From contig PCXQ01000004.1 in the NCBI GenBank assembly GCA_002794035.1, positions 187,064 to 251,063 of the forward strand: a DNA stretch of 64,000 bases, given 5' to 3'. Under the pieces are notes generated by a model. That model worked only from the letters and a program-made list of their open reading frames with translations. It did not search any database and was not told the origin of the DNA. Below, in pieces: positions 37,458 through 46,166 of the stretch; position 1 is the first letter of the stretch, and every line of letters starts with the position of its first letter. The position numbers and the translations under genes were made by a program. The DNA comes from Candidatus Yanofskybacteria bacterium CG10_big_fil_rev_8_21_14_0_10_36_16 (GTDB taxonomy: Bacteria > Patescibacteriota > Minisyncoccia > 2-02-FULL-40-12 > IGHO2-01-FULL-4-A).

Positions 37458-38894
37458 TTGTTCTATGCTATTATTTATGTAATGGATAATTACCCCAAAC
37501 TACAAGAAAAAGAATTGCCCAAACCGCCTCACTGGACTAAGGCCATAGGCGTTGGTGTCGTTGTAACAGGTCTTGCAATAGGAACAGGAGAACTCATTTT
37601 GTGGCCACACCTAATAACAAAACATGGCCTTTCTCTTTTGTGGTTGGCTCTTATCGGAATAACCTGCCAATATTTTATAAACAGAGAAGTTGCGCGCCAC
37701 GAAGTAGCTACAGGCGAAAGCTTCTTCACTACTTCAGCTCGGATCATTCAGTGGTCTGTATTTTTTTGGCTTTTTTCAGCTATTGCACTTTATATCTGGC
37801 CGGGCTGGGCCTCAGCCATTGCTACAACACTAAAAGAGCTCTTTGGATTTGGGAGCCACCTTGGATGGTCATGGGCAACACTAGCTTTAGTTTTGGTACT
37901 AACTTTTAGCGGAAAAGTGGCATATAGCATGCTTGAAAAATCACTAAAGATAACTGTGCCGACATTCTTTGTACTTTTGTTAGTTATCAGTTATTTGAAT
38001 TTATCATGGGGAGAAATTAAAACAGCATTAGCTGGGGTAGTTGCTTTTGGCACGATACCTGAAGGCGTTGATATAAACGTCCTACTGGGCGCTATTGTTT
38101 TTGCAGGTGCAGGAGGAATGCTTAACCTGACAGTATCTTTGTGGTACAGAGACAAACAAGTAGGCATGGGAAATTATATAGGCCGTGTTGTTAACCCAAT
38201 AACAGGCAAAAAAGAAGCTGTTACAGCAACAGGTTTTAAATTTGACACAAACAATAAAGCAAACATGCAAAACTGGCGAGGTTGGATGAGATACGTAATG
38301 ATAGACCAAGGATTAATATTCTTATGTCTTGGATTTGTAACCTTGTTCCTACTTAGCGTAAATGCACACTCGGTTCTCTCCCCTATGGGACTAGTGCCTG
38401 AAGGTCTTGAAATAGCTGTTGTCCAAGCAAATATTTTTGGAAACATATGGGGACCAATAGGATTTAAATTGTTCCTTGTTATGGCGTTCTTGATGTTATT
38501 CTCTGTAATGTGGACCGTAATAGATGCTTTAACAAGAATGGTATCAGATATTATTTACACCAACGCAAGAGAAGGCAAATACAAAGGAGTGTTTAGGGTA
38601 TTTAACAAATTCTCCATAGGACAGCTTTATTATGGAGTTATAGTAATCGTAGCTATCATTGGGGCTTTTCTTATACCGCTAAAACAACCCCTTACACTTT
38701 TAGTAATATCGGGAGTTTTATCTGGTCTAACCATGGCTATTTATACTCCATTCCTTATATACATAAACAACAAACACTTACCTAAACCACTAAGACCTTC
38801 GTGGTTTACAAATGTTGCCATGAGTGGAATTTCAGTTTTCTTCATGTACTTTGCTTATAAAGTTATCGTTGATGCATTTACTAAAATAATATGA
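37458..38894 (+). CDS. NRAMP-family-like membrane transporter (probable divalent metal transporter)
   Basis: 11-12 TM. The HGLSLLWLALIGI..EVARHEVATGESF segment resembles the NRAMP FGYSLLWVLLLSN..LAARLGIVTGKDL region. Confidence 0.45.
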   Translation: MFYAIIYVMDNYPKLQEKELPKPPHWTKAIGVGVVVTGLAIGTGELILWPHLITKHGLSLLWLALIGITCQYFINREVARHEVATGESFFTTSARIIQWSVFFWLFSAIALYIWPGWASAIATTLKELFGFGSHLGWSWATLALVLVLTFSGKVAYSMLEKSLKITVPTFFVLLLVISYLNLSWGEIKTALAGVVAFGTIPEGVDINVLLGAIVFAGAGGMLNLTVSLWYRDKQVGMGNYIGRVVNPITGKKEAVTATGFKFDTNNKANMQNWRGWMRYVMIDQGLIFLCLGFVTLFLLSVNAHSVLSPMGLVPEGLEIAVVQANIFGNIWGPIGFKLFLVMAFLMLFSVMWTVIDALTRMVSDIIYTNAREGKYKGVFRVFNKFSIGQLYYGVIVIVAIIGAFLIPLKQPLTLLVISGVLSGLTMAIYTPFLIYINNKHLPKPLRPSWFTNVAMSGISVFFMYFAYKVIVDAFTKII

Positions 38895-39538
38895 TAAGCG
38901 ATGCAGTAGGGTTAATTTTAATATTTGGCATATCAGCAGGCACGATTGTCTGGAGATGGTATTTTGGCAGGAAAAATAAAATTTCATTAAGAACCGATAT
39001 TTTTATCGGTATTTTTATTATTTTACTTACCGCTCTGCTTTTATTATTAATGGGACGACTGCCTTGGTGTGCATGCAATCAAATATGGATTTGGTCAGGC
39101 GATGTTTTTTCCGAACATAACTCACAGCACATTACAGATCCCTATTCCCCTACTCACTTTATACACGGCATACTTTTTTACTTATTGCTTTGGGTATTCG
39201 CTAGACGAATCCCCATAGGAGTAAGGTTGCTTATGGCCATAGCTCTTGAGTCAGCATGGGAAGTAATTGAAAACACAGACGCAGTTATTGAATATTATAG
39301 AGCAAACACAATATCTCTTGGTTATTATGGTGACAGTGTTATTAATTCCATTTCCGATATTGTCGTTATGGCCATAGGTTTTGTTTTTTCTTGGAAAGTC
39401 CCCACCTGGGTTTCTGTCTTAGTACTGGTTGTTATAGAAGTATTTTTGGCATTTTGGATAAAAGACAATCTTACTTTAAATATAATAATGTTTATTCATC
39501 CATTTGAAGCCATAAAAAACTGGCAATTAGGAATGTAA
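38891..39538 (+). CDS. Hypothetical multi-TM membrane protein
   Basis: ORF overlaps the upstream stop (ATGA). 5-6 TM. Confidence 0.4.
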   Translation: MISDAVGLILIFGISAGTIVWRWYFGRKNKISLRTDIFIGIFIILLTALLLLLMGRLPWCACNQIWIWSGDVFSEHNSQHITDPYSPTHFIHGILFYLLLWVFARRIPIGVRLLMAIALESAWEVIENTDAVIEYYRANTISLGYYGDSVINSISDIVVMAIGFVFSWKVPTWVSVLVLVVIEVFLAFWIKDNLTLNIIMFIHPFEAIKNWQLGM

Positions 39539-39577
39539 CTTTTGTAAAAATATAATTTACATGTAATAATTTAAAAA

Positions 39578-40117
39578 ATGATAGAAGAAAAAAATAAAAA
39601 TCAAACAGTTGTTTTTGGCGGAGGGTGTTTTTGGTGTACAGAAGCAATTTTTAAATCATTAAAGGGAGTTATTTCAGTTTTGCCCGGGTACGCAGGAGGT
39701 ACCACAGACAACCCTACATACGAAGATGTATGTACCGGTATCACAGGTCATGCCGAAGTAATAAAAATAGAATATAATCCTGAAACTATATCATTTGATG
39801 ATCTTTTAACGGTTTTCTTCTCTACGCATGATCCTACAACCCCAAACCGGCAAGGTGCTGATGTGGGAACACAATATCGATCAGCTATTTTTTATACAAC
39901 AGGCGAACAAAAAGAAGAATCGGAAAAATTTATTGAAAAATTAAATGAATCAGGTCCAAAAATAGTAACGGAAATCACGAAACTAGATAAATTTTTTGAA
40001 GCAGAAGATTATCACAAAGATTATTACTCAAAAAACACTTCAGATTCTTATTGCCAAGTTGTAATAAATCCCAAACTTGAAAAACTCAAAAAACGATTTT
40101 CCGAATTATTGAAATAA
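39578..40117 (+). CDS. msrA: Peptide methionine sulfoxide reductase MsrA
   Basis: Active-site GGGCFWC plus the conserved core GYAGGTTDNPTYEDVCTGITGHAEVIKIEY. Confidence 0.9.
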   Translation: MIEEKNKNQTVVFGGGCFWCTEAIFKSLKGVISVLPGYAGGTTDNPTYEDVCTGITGHAEVIKIEYNPETISFDDLLTVFFSTHDPTTPNRQGADVGTQYRSAIFYTTGEQKEESEKFIEKLNESGPKIVTEITKLDKFFEAEDYHKDYYSKNTSDSYCQVVINPKLEKLKKRFSELLK

Positions 40118-40118
40118 A

Positions 40119-40152
40119 ATACCACCCCGCCTTAGCGGGGTGGTATTTTTTA
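40119..40152. terminator. Bidirectional intrinsic terminator (ACCACCCCGCC-TTA-GCGGGGTGGT + TTTTTT)
   Basis: Perfect hairpin with flanking A/T runs. Confidence 0.75.
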
Positions 40153-40177
40153 TTGTGTTACTTGCCTAAAATAATTG

Positions 40178-42157
40178 TTATTTCAGTGCAGTCACATGAA
40201 CAGGACTTGAAGTTGTACGGTTGCCAGAAGTATCCTCTGCAACTGCTGTTAATGTATATGTTGTATTGGGCTTGCCTGGAACGCTCCAGCTGCAAGCATA
40301 GTTTACAGTAACATCCGTACAGACAAGACTACCATCAACATAAAACTCTACTCTCGATACTCCAACATCATCTGTGGCGTCCGCATTTATTACTAGAGTT
40401 TGTCTTCTGGGAACACCTGCGCCATCTGTAGGATATGTTATTGATACACTAGGAGGCGTTATGTCTTGTGAGGGTGTTGGAGTTGGAGTGGGAGATGGGG
40501 TCGGCGTAGGCGTGGGGGTAGGTGTTGGGGTTGGATCAATAGAAAATTCATAAGCTCCAATTTCGGGCGCACCGCCTTGCGGAACCATCACACCATTAAT
40601 ATCAGCATTTAAACCGACATAAACACCTGAATCAATTGAAGACGAAGTGCTCTGCAAAGTAAAGTCACCTGCTGGTGCGTTTACGAACTGAGGATCTTCA
40701 GCAATGTTATTGTCGGGATTGCCGGAAGAATTTAGATTGCTGATAAGTTGGGACATGGTCCAATCTATGGTGTTGGAATGAAAAACATAGCCGGAGTCGC
40801 TACGGTAGTAGGTATTGTTTGTTGTCACATATTCCGCTGTACCATTAGTGTGATAAAAATCTTCCTCTAAATTCTCAGCAAAAATGTTGTTCTTGATTAC
40901 TATTGCTCCATTAAAAGCATTGTCATTGTATTCAAGTTTGATACCCTTGCCATTATTGCCATAAGAGACGTTGTTTAAAACATTTACCCCCGTTCCAAAA
41001 CCTAGATATTCAACCTCTATACCAGCTATACCATTACCATAAGAAACATTGTAATAAACCTCAACATTTTGAAAAGCATTGATATTACTGATAACAATTC
41101 CCCAATCCCCATTATTGCGGGAGATATTGTACCTGAAAGTTCCACCATCAGAAAGGTATGTATGGAATCCTGCTCTAAGATTGTCTTCAAAAACAGAATT
41201 CTCTATTAACCAGTTGCCAGCTGCGTAACCGCCATAATTTCCAGCGTAAATTCCATGGGATCGAGGATCTCCATTGGAATCAACATAGCCATTGTTCTTC
41301 ACTAAAACATTCTGAATTACCGCATTGTCACTGGTAAAGATAATACCATTTCCCCCAGCCTTGATAGTTGTAAGGTTTTTCAAAGTAACATTGTCTGCTC
41401 CGTTGTGAAGGAGTATATTCCCATCACCATTTGTTTTTGTCACATCTATACTATCAACAACTATATAGTCAGCTCCACTGACATAGATAGCACGATCGCG
41501 TAGCGGTACCTCAATACCCGGATTTGTATAATACTGATTTGGGTCTGAAGGAGAGTAAACATATAGAGTTGAAAGTTCCCACACCCACTGACCGTCAGCT
41601 ACCAATTCTCCAAGAGTAGTTTTTTCTACACCTCGTATGCCATTTACAAAAATTTGTCTTGGGTCACTAGACCAAGGTACATACCAAACATTTTGCAAGC
41701 CAGGATACTGAGTCCAAGTTGGAATAAATTCAGAACCGTCTATAAGAGGATTAGCTCCGCTACCATAAGCTCCATAAGTTATTGGACTTGAGGATGTCCC
41801 GCTTGTGATGACATCCAATTGCTCTTTCCATGTCTCTCCTCTTTTGAAAAACACAGAATCACCAGGAGCAAGAGCTTGCGACTCTACCCTAGCAATAGTC
41901 TTCCATGGACTAGATGCAGATGTACCTGAATTTGAGTCATTGCCGGCTGTTGAATCAACATAATAAGAATTGCCAGCAGCTGAGCTCACGTTTGTTTTAA
42001 ACAAATGCGCATTCATAAAAACACCCACTGGAATTATAATACCGAGGGTGGAAACCAAAAGAATTGTTTTAATTTTTAAAACAAATTCCCCTGCCTGAGG
42101 ATTTTTGTCCTCATTAATATTTAAATCTTGATTCATTTTTTGAATCTGTAAACTCAT
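40178..42157 (-). CDS. Secreted right-handed beta-helix (pectate-lyase-fold) protein with (PT)n linker and C-terminal Ig-like domain
   Basis: Parallel beta-helix repeats (NNGYVDSNG, GIYAGNYGGYAAGNWLIENSVFEDN...), PTPTPTPTPTPSPTPTPTPS linker, Big-like C-terminus. Confidence 0.55.
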   Translation of the reverse strand: MSLQIQKMNQDLNINEDKNPQAGEFVLKIKTILLVSTLGIIIPVGVFMNAHLFKTNVSSAAGNSYYVDSTAGNDSNSGTSASSPWKTIARVESQALAPGDSVFFKRGETWKEQLDVITSGTSSSPITYGAYGSGANPLIDGSEFIPTWTQYPGLQNVWYVPWSSDPRQIFVNGIRGVEKTTLGELVADGQWVWELSTLYVYSPSDPNQYYTNPGIEVPLRDRAIYVSGADYIVVDSIDVTKTNGDGNILLHNGADNVTLKNLTTIKAGGNGIIFTSDNAVIQNVLVKNNGYVDSNGDPRSHGIYAGNYGGYAAGNWLIENSVFEDNLRAGFHTYLSDGGTFRYNISRNNGDWGIVISNINAFQNVEVYYNVSYGNGIAGIEVEYLGFGTGVNVLNNVSYGNNGKGIKLEYNDNAFNGAIVIKNNIFAENLEEDFYHTNGTAEYVTTNNTYYRSDSGYVFHSNTIDWTMSQLISNLNSSGNPDNNIAEDPQFVNAPAGDFTLQSTSSSIDSGVYVGLNADINGVMVPQGGAPEIGAYEFSIDPTPTPTPTPTPTPSPTPTPTPSQDITPPSVSITYPTDGAGVPRRQTLVINADATDDVGVSRVEFYVDGSLVCTDVTVNYACSWSVPGKPNTTYTLTAVAEDTSGNRTTSSPVHVTALK

Positions 42158-42321
42158 AAAAATAAAGAGGAGTAAATCTTAAATCAAACATATTTAAGGA
42201 GATATTTATTCCGCGACCTTCTATAAGTTTATATTAAAAATTTTAAAAATAACACCTTTTTAGAATACCTGTTTTTTTTATAAATTACAATGAAAAATCA
42301 TGCGCCACCAAAAAAGCCCGG

Positions 42322-42366
42322 TTGAATCCCAACCACTTAGGTCGGAATCAACCGGGCCTTGCTTGC
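42322..42366 (-). terminator. GC-rich intrinsic terminator belonging to the high-GC gene (GCCCGGTTGA...TCAACCGGGC + TTTTTTGG on the minus strand)
   Basis: 10-bp GC stem and U-run immediately 3' of the stop at 42383. Confidence 0.65.
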
Positions 42367-42382
42367 CGTCGAGATGACGGCG

Positions 42383-43039
42383 TCAAAGGTTTTTTTCTAG
42401 GAACTTGCGGACACTCTTTATGACGTTGTCCGCCGCTCCCTTGAATGTGTACCCGTCCTCCTGGATTTTGACCAAGGGCTTCCACTCGCCGTCGGGCGAC
42501 TTTGCCATCACGGCGACCTGGAGGTTCTTCTTTAGCTCCTTGGACTTGTGGTTCATGAAGCTCCCATTTCGTTCCTCCATGCCCCGGCCGACAACCACGA
42601 CCTTGTACTGGGCCTGGTCTTCGTCAGGGACAACCTGGAATTCCTTGCCCGCCCTCTTGGCGAGATCCGATGCACTGTCTTCCCAGTCTTGAACCGGGAA
42701 TCCGTCGTCCAAGCCGGCCTCGAAGAACACGGGGTATCCGCCAGCGGAATTCTTGTCTCCCCCGCCGAAAGGCGAAGTGAACATCTTGCCGACCTTCTTT
42801 GCTGGCGCCATCGCCTTTGCGGCGAGGCTGGTATCGTCGGATTCTTCGGAGGCTTCCGCCGGCTGGGCGGGAGCCGCCTGCTCCATCTCTTCGATCTCGG
42901 CCTTAGTGTAGCCCGCCTTGGCGAGCTCCAGCTTCTCCTCGACGGTGAGCGTGGCCGCGTCGGCCGTCGCCACTGCGAAGAAAATGGCTACCACGATGCT
43001 CAACACTGTGTTGAACTTCATCTCAGTCTTCCACTCCAT
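42383..43039 (-). CDS. High-GC secreted hypothetical protein (compositionally foreign gene)
   Basis: ~58-60% GC by eye with GC3-rich codons against a ~33-35% GC background. Signal peptide MKFNTVLSIVVAIFFAVATADA; the start may be the internal Met. Confidence 0.5.
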   Translation of the reverse strand: MEWKTEMKFNTVLSIVVAIFFAVATADAATLTVEEKLELAKAGYTKAEIEEMEQAAPAQPAEASEESDDTSLAAKAMAPAKKVGKMFTSPFGGGDKNSAGGYPVFFEAGLDDGFPVQDWEDSASDLAKRAGKEFQVVPDEDQAQYKVVVVGRGMEERNGSFMNHKSKELKKNLQVAVMAKSPDGEWKPLVKIQEDGYTFKGAADNVIKSVRKFLEKNL

Positions 43040-43424
43040 GTCTAAGGGTTGATTTGAGGTACCTGCATTAGATACCTGTAAAGTACTATATTATTAATAC
43101 TAACACATATTTAAAGCTAAGTCAAATGTTCGTTTTTTTAAAGACTTGTTGATAATATTAAACATAAATAATGTTACAATTAATATATAATTAATCATTG
43201 TCAATATTTTTGGTAGTATTTACCCTATCAAAGCATTACATAGGACTTACGCGTTTGGATAAGTTCAAGGCAAAATGGCTAAGAAATGGCGAGTCGTACT
43301 GAAGTACGATAAGTTTTTTCTTAGCCATTTTAACGTAGAAATTAGCCAAACCCACGTGGCTTGAACAGGACAAGCCCAGCATTTTAGGGCTTCCTGTGAA
43401 AGCGCGTAAGTTCTAATTTATTAA

Positions 43425-43928
43425 ATGAAAACATCTCACGTATGGATAATCGTAATAGTCGTCGCATTCTTTGGTCTTGTTTGGAGCCTTTCAAAAGATA
43501 GGGCGCCATCAGAAGAACCAAACGCAGAAGGAGAGGAACAAACCCAAATGGAGCAAAAAATGGAAGAAACCAAAGCTACTACAGTTAAAACTAGTACTGA
43601 AACAAACATAAATAAACCCCTTCTTGAATCAGGAACCGCAGAAGACACTGCAAGATACTCTCAACTAGTAAAGGAATATGAAACCAGAAGAGTTCAGTTT
43701 GATGCAAATTGCCGAGTAAATAGCCCGAACAGCACATTCAAAAACAACACAGCAGTTATGTTCGATAACAGATCAGCTGATACAAAAATCATTACAGTTG
43801 GAGGCGTAGATTACAACTTCCCTGCTTATGGTTATAAAATAATAAATATTGCAGGCATTGATTTACCCGCAAATGTTTCAATAGATTGCAATGGTGTGGT
43901 AGTTGAAACATTTTTGATTCAAAAATAA
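43425..43928 (+). CDS. Hypothetical secreted protein
   Basis: Signal peptide/TM (VWIIVIVVAFFGLVWSL). No recognised domain. Confidence 0.4.
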   Translation: MKTSHVWIIVIVVAFFGLVWSLSKDRAPSEEPNAEGEEQTQMEQKMEETKATTVKTSTETNINKPLLESGTAEDTARYSQLVKEYETRRVQFDANCRVNSPNSTFKNNTAVMFDNRSADTKIITVGGVDYNFPAYGYKIINIAGIDLPANVSIDCNGVVVETFLIQK

Positions 43929-44299
43929 CAAATTCATCAAAATTTGCGTTTTGGATTAATATATGTTAGGATAAAGGTATTATCAGGTACAAAAGATACA
44001 AAACAAAAGCCCCGCAAATAGAAGAATCGGATTTAACGACCCCTGAATTTAAGGAAAAATACAACGAAAACATACCCCCTGAAACAACCCCGGTATCAAT
44101 CAAAGCATTGAATCAATTCCGCAAAAAACATCCTCATCTTTTCAAGCAAAGCAACTGGTCCATAGACAAACACCGCAAAAGAGTTATGGATTGGATATTC
44201 TCAAACGAAGTTTAAATAAAACCCCTATAGGGGTTTTATTGTACTCAAAAATAAAAAATGATTTAATTAATTATATATAAGAAATTATAAATAATTAAA

Positions 44300-44752
44300 A
44301 TGAAGATAATCAAACTTAACAACATTATTGGAACTTCCCAAGAGGCCAAGGTGCCGGGTGACCAAGGGTCAAGCAGGCGCCTGCTTTTGGCAAAAGATGG
44401 CTTGGGGTATTCATTTCATGACACAATTATTACTGCAGGAGCTGAAATGAGACTTCACTACACCAATCACATAGAAACAGTATATTGCGTTTCAGGAAAC
44501 GGCGAGGTTGAAGATCTAACCACCAAGAAACGTCACAAAATTGAAGAAGGTGTTATGTATGTTTTAGATAAACACGATGACCACATTTTACATGGTGGAA
44601 CTGAAGATATGCGCCTAATTTGCATATTTACCCCAGCTCTTGTAGGAAATGAGCGCCAAGACGAAAGCGGAAGCTTTCCCATAATGAATGAGGTCTTGCA
44701 GGAAATAAAACAAATTAAAGAAAAAGTTGAAAAAATTGAAGAACAACTTTAG
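44300..44752 (+). CDS. EctC-like cupin (ectoine synthase family), solitary
   Basis: LHYTNHIETVYCVSGNGEVEDL...GVMYVLDKHDDHILHGGTEDMRLICIFTPALVGNERQDESG parallels the EctC core. No ectA/ectB nearby. Confidence 0.6.
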   Translation: MKIIKLNNIIGTSQEAKVPGDQGSSRRLLLAKDGLGYSFHDTIITAGAEMRLHYTNHIETVYCVSGNGEVEDLTTKKRHKIEEGVMYVLDKHDDHILHGGTEDMRLICIFTPALVGNERQDESGSFPIMNEVLQEIKQIKEKVEKIEEQL

Positions 44753-44822
44753 CCTTACTTAATATTTAAAATATATTAAATCCACCCTAAGGTGGATTTA
44801 ATTTTTATTATAATTTTTAATA

Positions 44823-46127
44823 TTAATAACCACGTAGCTTTTCTATCTTATGATGCTGTCTTATTTTCTCAAGAGCTTTTGCCTCTATCTGTCTTATTCT
44901 TTCGCGGGTAACAGCAAAAACCTTTCCAACCTCTTCAAGGGTATGCCCGATACCATCAGCTAATCCAAATCTCATTTCTAAAATCTTCTGCTCCCTAGGA
45001 GTTAGATCATCTATTATGTCTTTCAATCTCTCGCGCAATATCCTTCTCCCTGCCGATGTTTCCGGGGATATTGTTTCATCATCTGCTACAAAATCCGCCA
45101 ATGAACTATCCTCATCATCTTCACCAACAGGCGCTTCAAGAGATACTGTATCTTGAGAAATTTTTATAATATGATGAATTTTCTCAACATCCATACCCAT
45201 TTCAGAAGCAATCTCATCAGGCAATGGCTCTCTACCAAGATCCTGCACTAAACGCCTGACCACCTGCTGATATTTGTTTATAGTTTCTACCATGTGCACA
45301 GGTATGCGAATAGTACGTGCTTGATCTGCTAAAGCTCGGGTAACTGCCTGCCGTATCCACCATGTTGCATATGTTGAGAATTTATAACCCTTTGTATAAT
45401 CAAATTTTTCCACCGCCCTAGAAAGGCCTATATTCCCTTCTTGTATTAAATCCAACAAGGTAAGATTTGGGGATCTTCCAACATATTTTTTAGCTATTGA
45501 AACAACCAGTCTGAGATTTGAAAGCATAAGCAATTGTCTGGCAGCTTCATCTCCGTTTTGTATCCTTTTGGCGAGATCAACCTCCTCGTCTCTTTTTAGC
45601 AATGGATAGTTGCCTATTTCTCTTAAATACATCTGAACAGAATCAGTACCACCTGCCTTATGAAGCTCTTTTTCTAACTTTCTTTTTTCTTCAAAATCTT
45701 TTACAGCTTCCTGCTTAAATACTTTGGAAGTATCTACGATGTTTATATTTGCTGCATCTAGATGGTCATAAAGAAGCTCAAGATCTTGTATATTTTTTTC
45801 TACATTAGGAAACTGATTCAATATCTCAGATTCAGTAATGAATCCTCTGTGGCGCCCCCTATCAATTAACTGCTGAATCTTTTCCTCTACAACATTTACC
45901 TTCTTAATCTTTGTTTTTGATTTAGTACTGCCTTTAGCAGAAGAGTTCCTCGAAGATCTAGTTTTTATATTTTCTTCTGAAGAGTGGGCTGTTTTTCTTT
46001 TGGTGGTTTTAGGAGAAGCGGTTTTTTTGTTTACTGCCTTTTTGGGCTTTGTTTTTGATTTGGTCTTATTGCCTGTTTTTTTACCGCCAAATTTATTATT
46101 ATTTTTTTTTGTTTGCTTTTTTGCCAT
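44823..46127 (-). CDS. rpoD: RNA polymerase sigma-70 factor RpoD with Lys-rich N-terminal extension
   Basis: Region 2-4 signatures ([37 protein letters not shown]; region 4 [25 protein letters not shown]). Confidence 0.9.
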   Translation of the reverse strand: MAKKQTKKNNNKFGGKKTGNKTKSKTKPKKAVNKKTASPKTTKRKTAHSSEENIKTRSSRNSSAKGSTKSKTKIKKVNVVEEKIQQLIDRGRHRGFITESEILNQFPNVEKNIQDLELLYDHLDAANINIVDTSKVFKQEAVKDFEEKRKLEKELHKAGGTDSVQMYLREIGNYPLLKRDEEVDLAKRIQNGDEAARQLLMLSNLRLVVSIAKKYVGRSPNLTLLDLIQEGNIGLSRAVEKFDYTKGYKFSTYATWWIRQAVTRALADQARTIRIPVHMVETINKYQQVVRRLVQDLGREPLPDEIASEMGMDVEKIHHIIKISQDTVSLEAPVGEDDEDSSLADFVADDETISPETSAGRRILRERLKDIIDDLTPREQKILEMRFGLADGIGHTLEEVGKVFAVTRERIRQIEAKALEKIRQHHKIEKLRGY

Positions 46128-46166
46128 AAAAATAACGCTTTGTTTTTTATAAAGCGCTTGCTGTTT

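Noticed and set aside
42405-43045. Plus-strand ORFs 42405..42692 (95 aa) and 42548..43045 (165 aa)
   Set aside because: They lie antisense to the high-GC gene. They are Arg/Leu/Gly-rich, as expected from random open frames in GC-rich DNA, and have no start context. Treated as artefacts.
43970-44215. Open frame (~80 codons, ...PEFKEKYNENIPPETTPVSIKALNQFRKKHPHLFKQSNWSIDKHRKRVMDWIFSNEV*) between 43928 and 44300
   Set aside because: It has no in-frame ATG/GTG start until the last 9 codons; the only upstream candidate is TTG, giving 36 aa. No SD. Possibly a decayed gene or small protein, but it cannot be supported.
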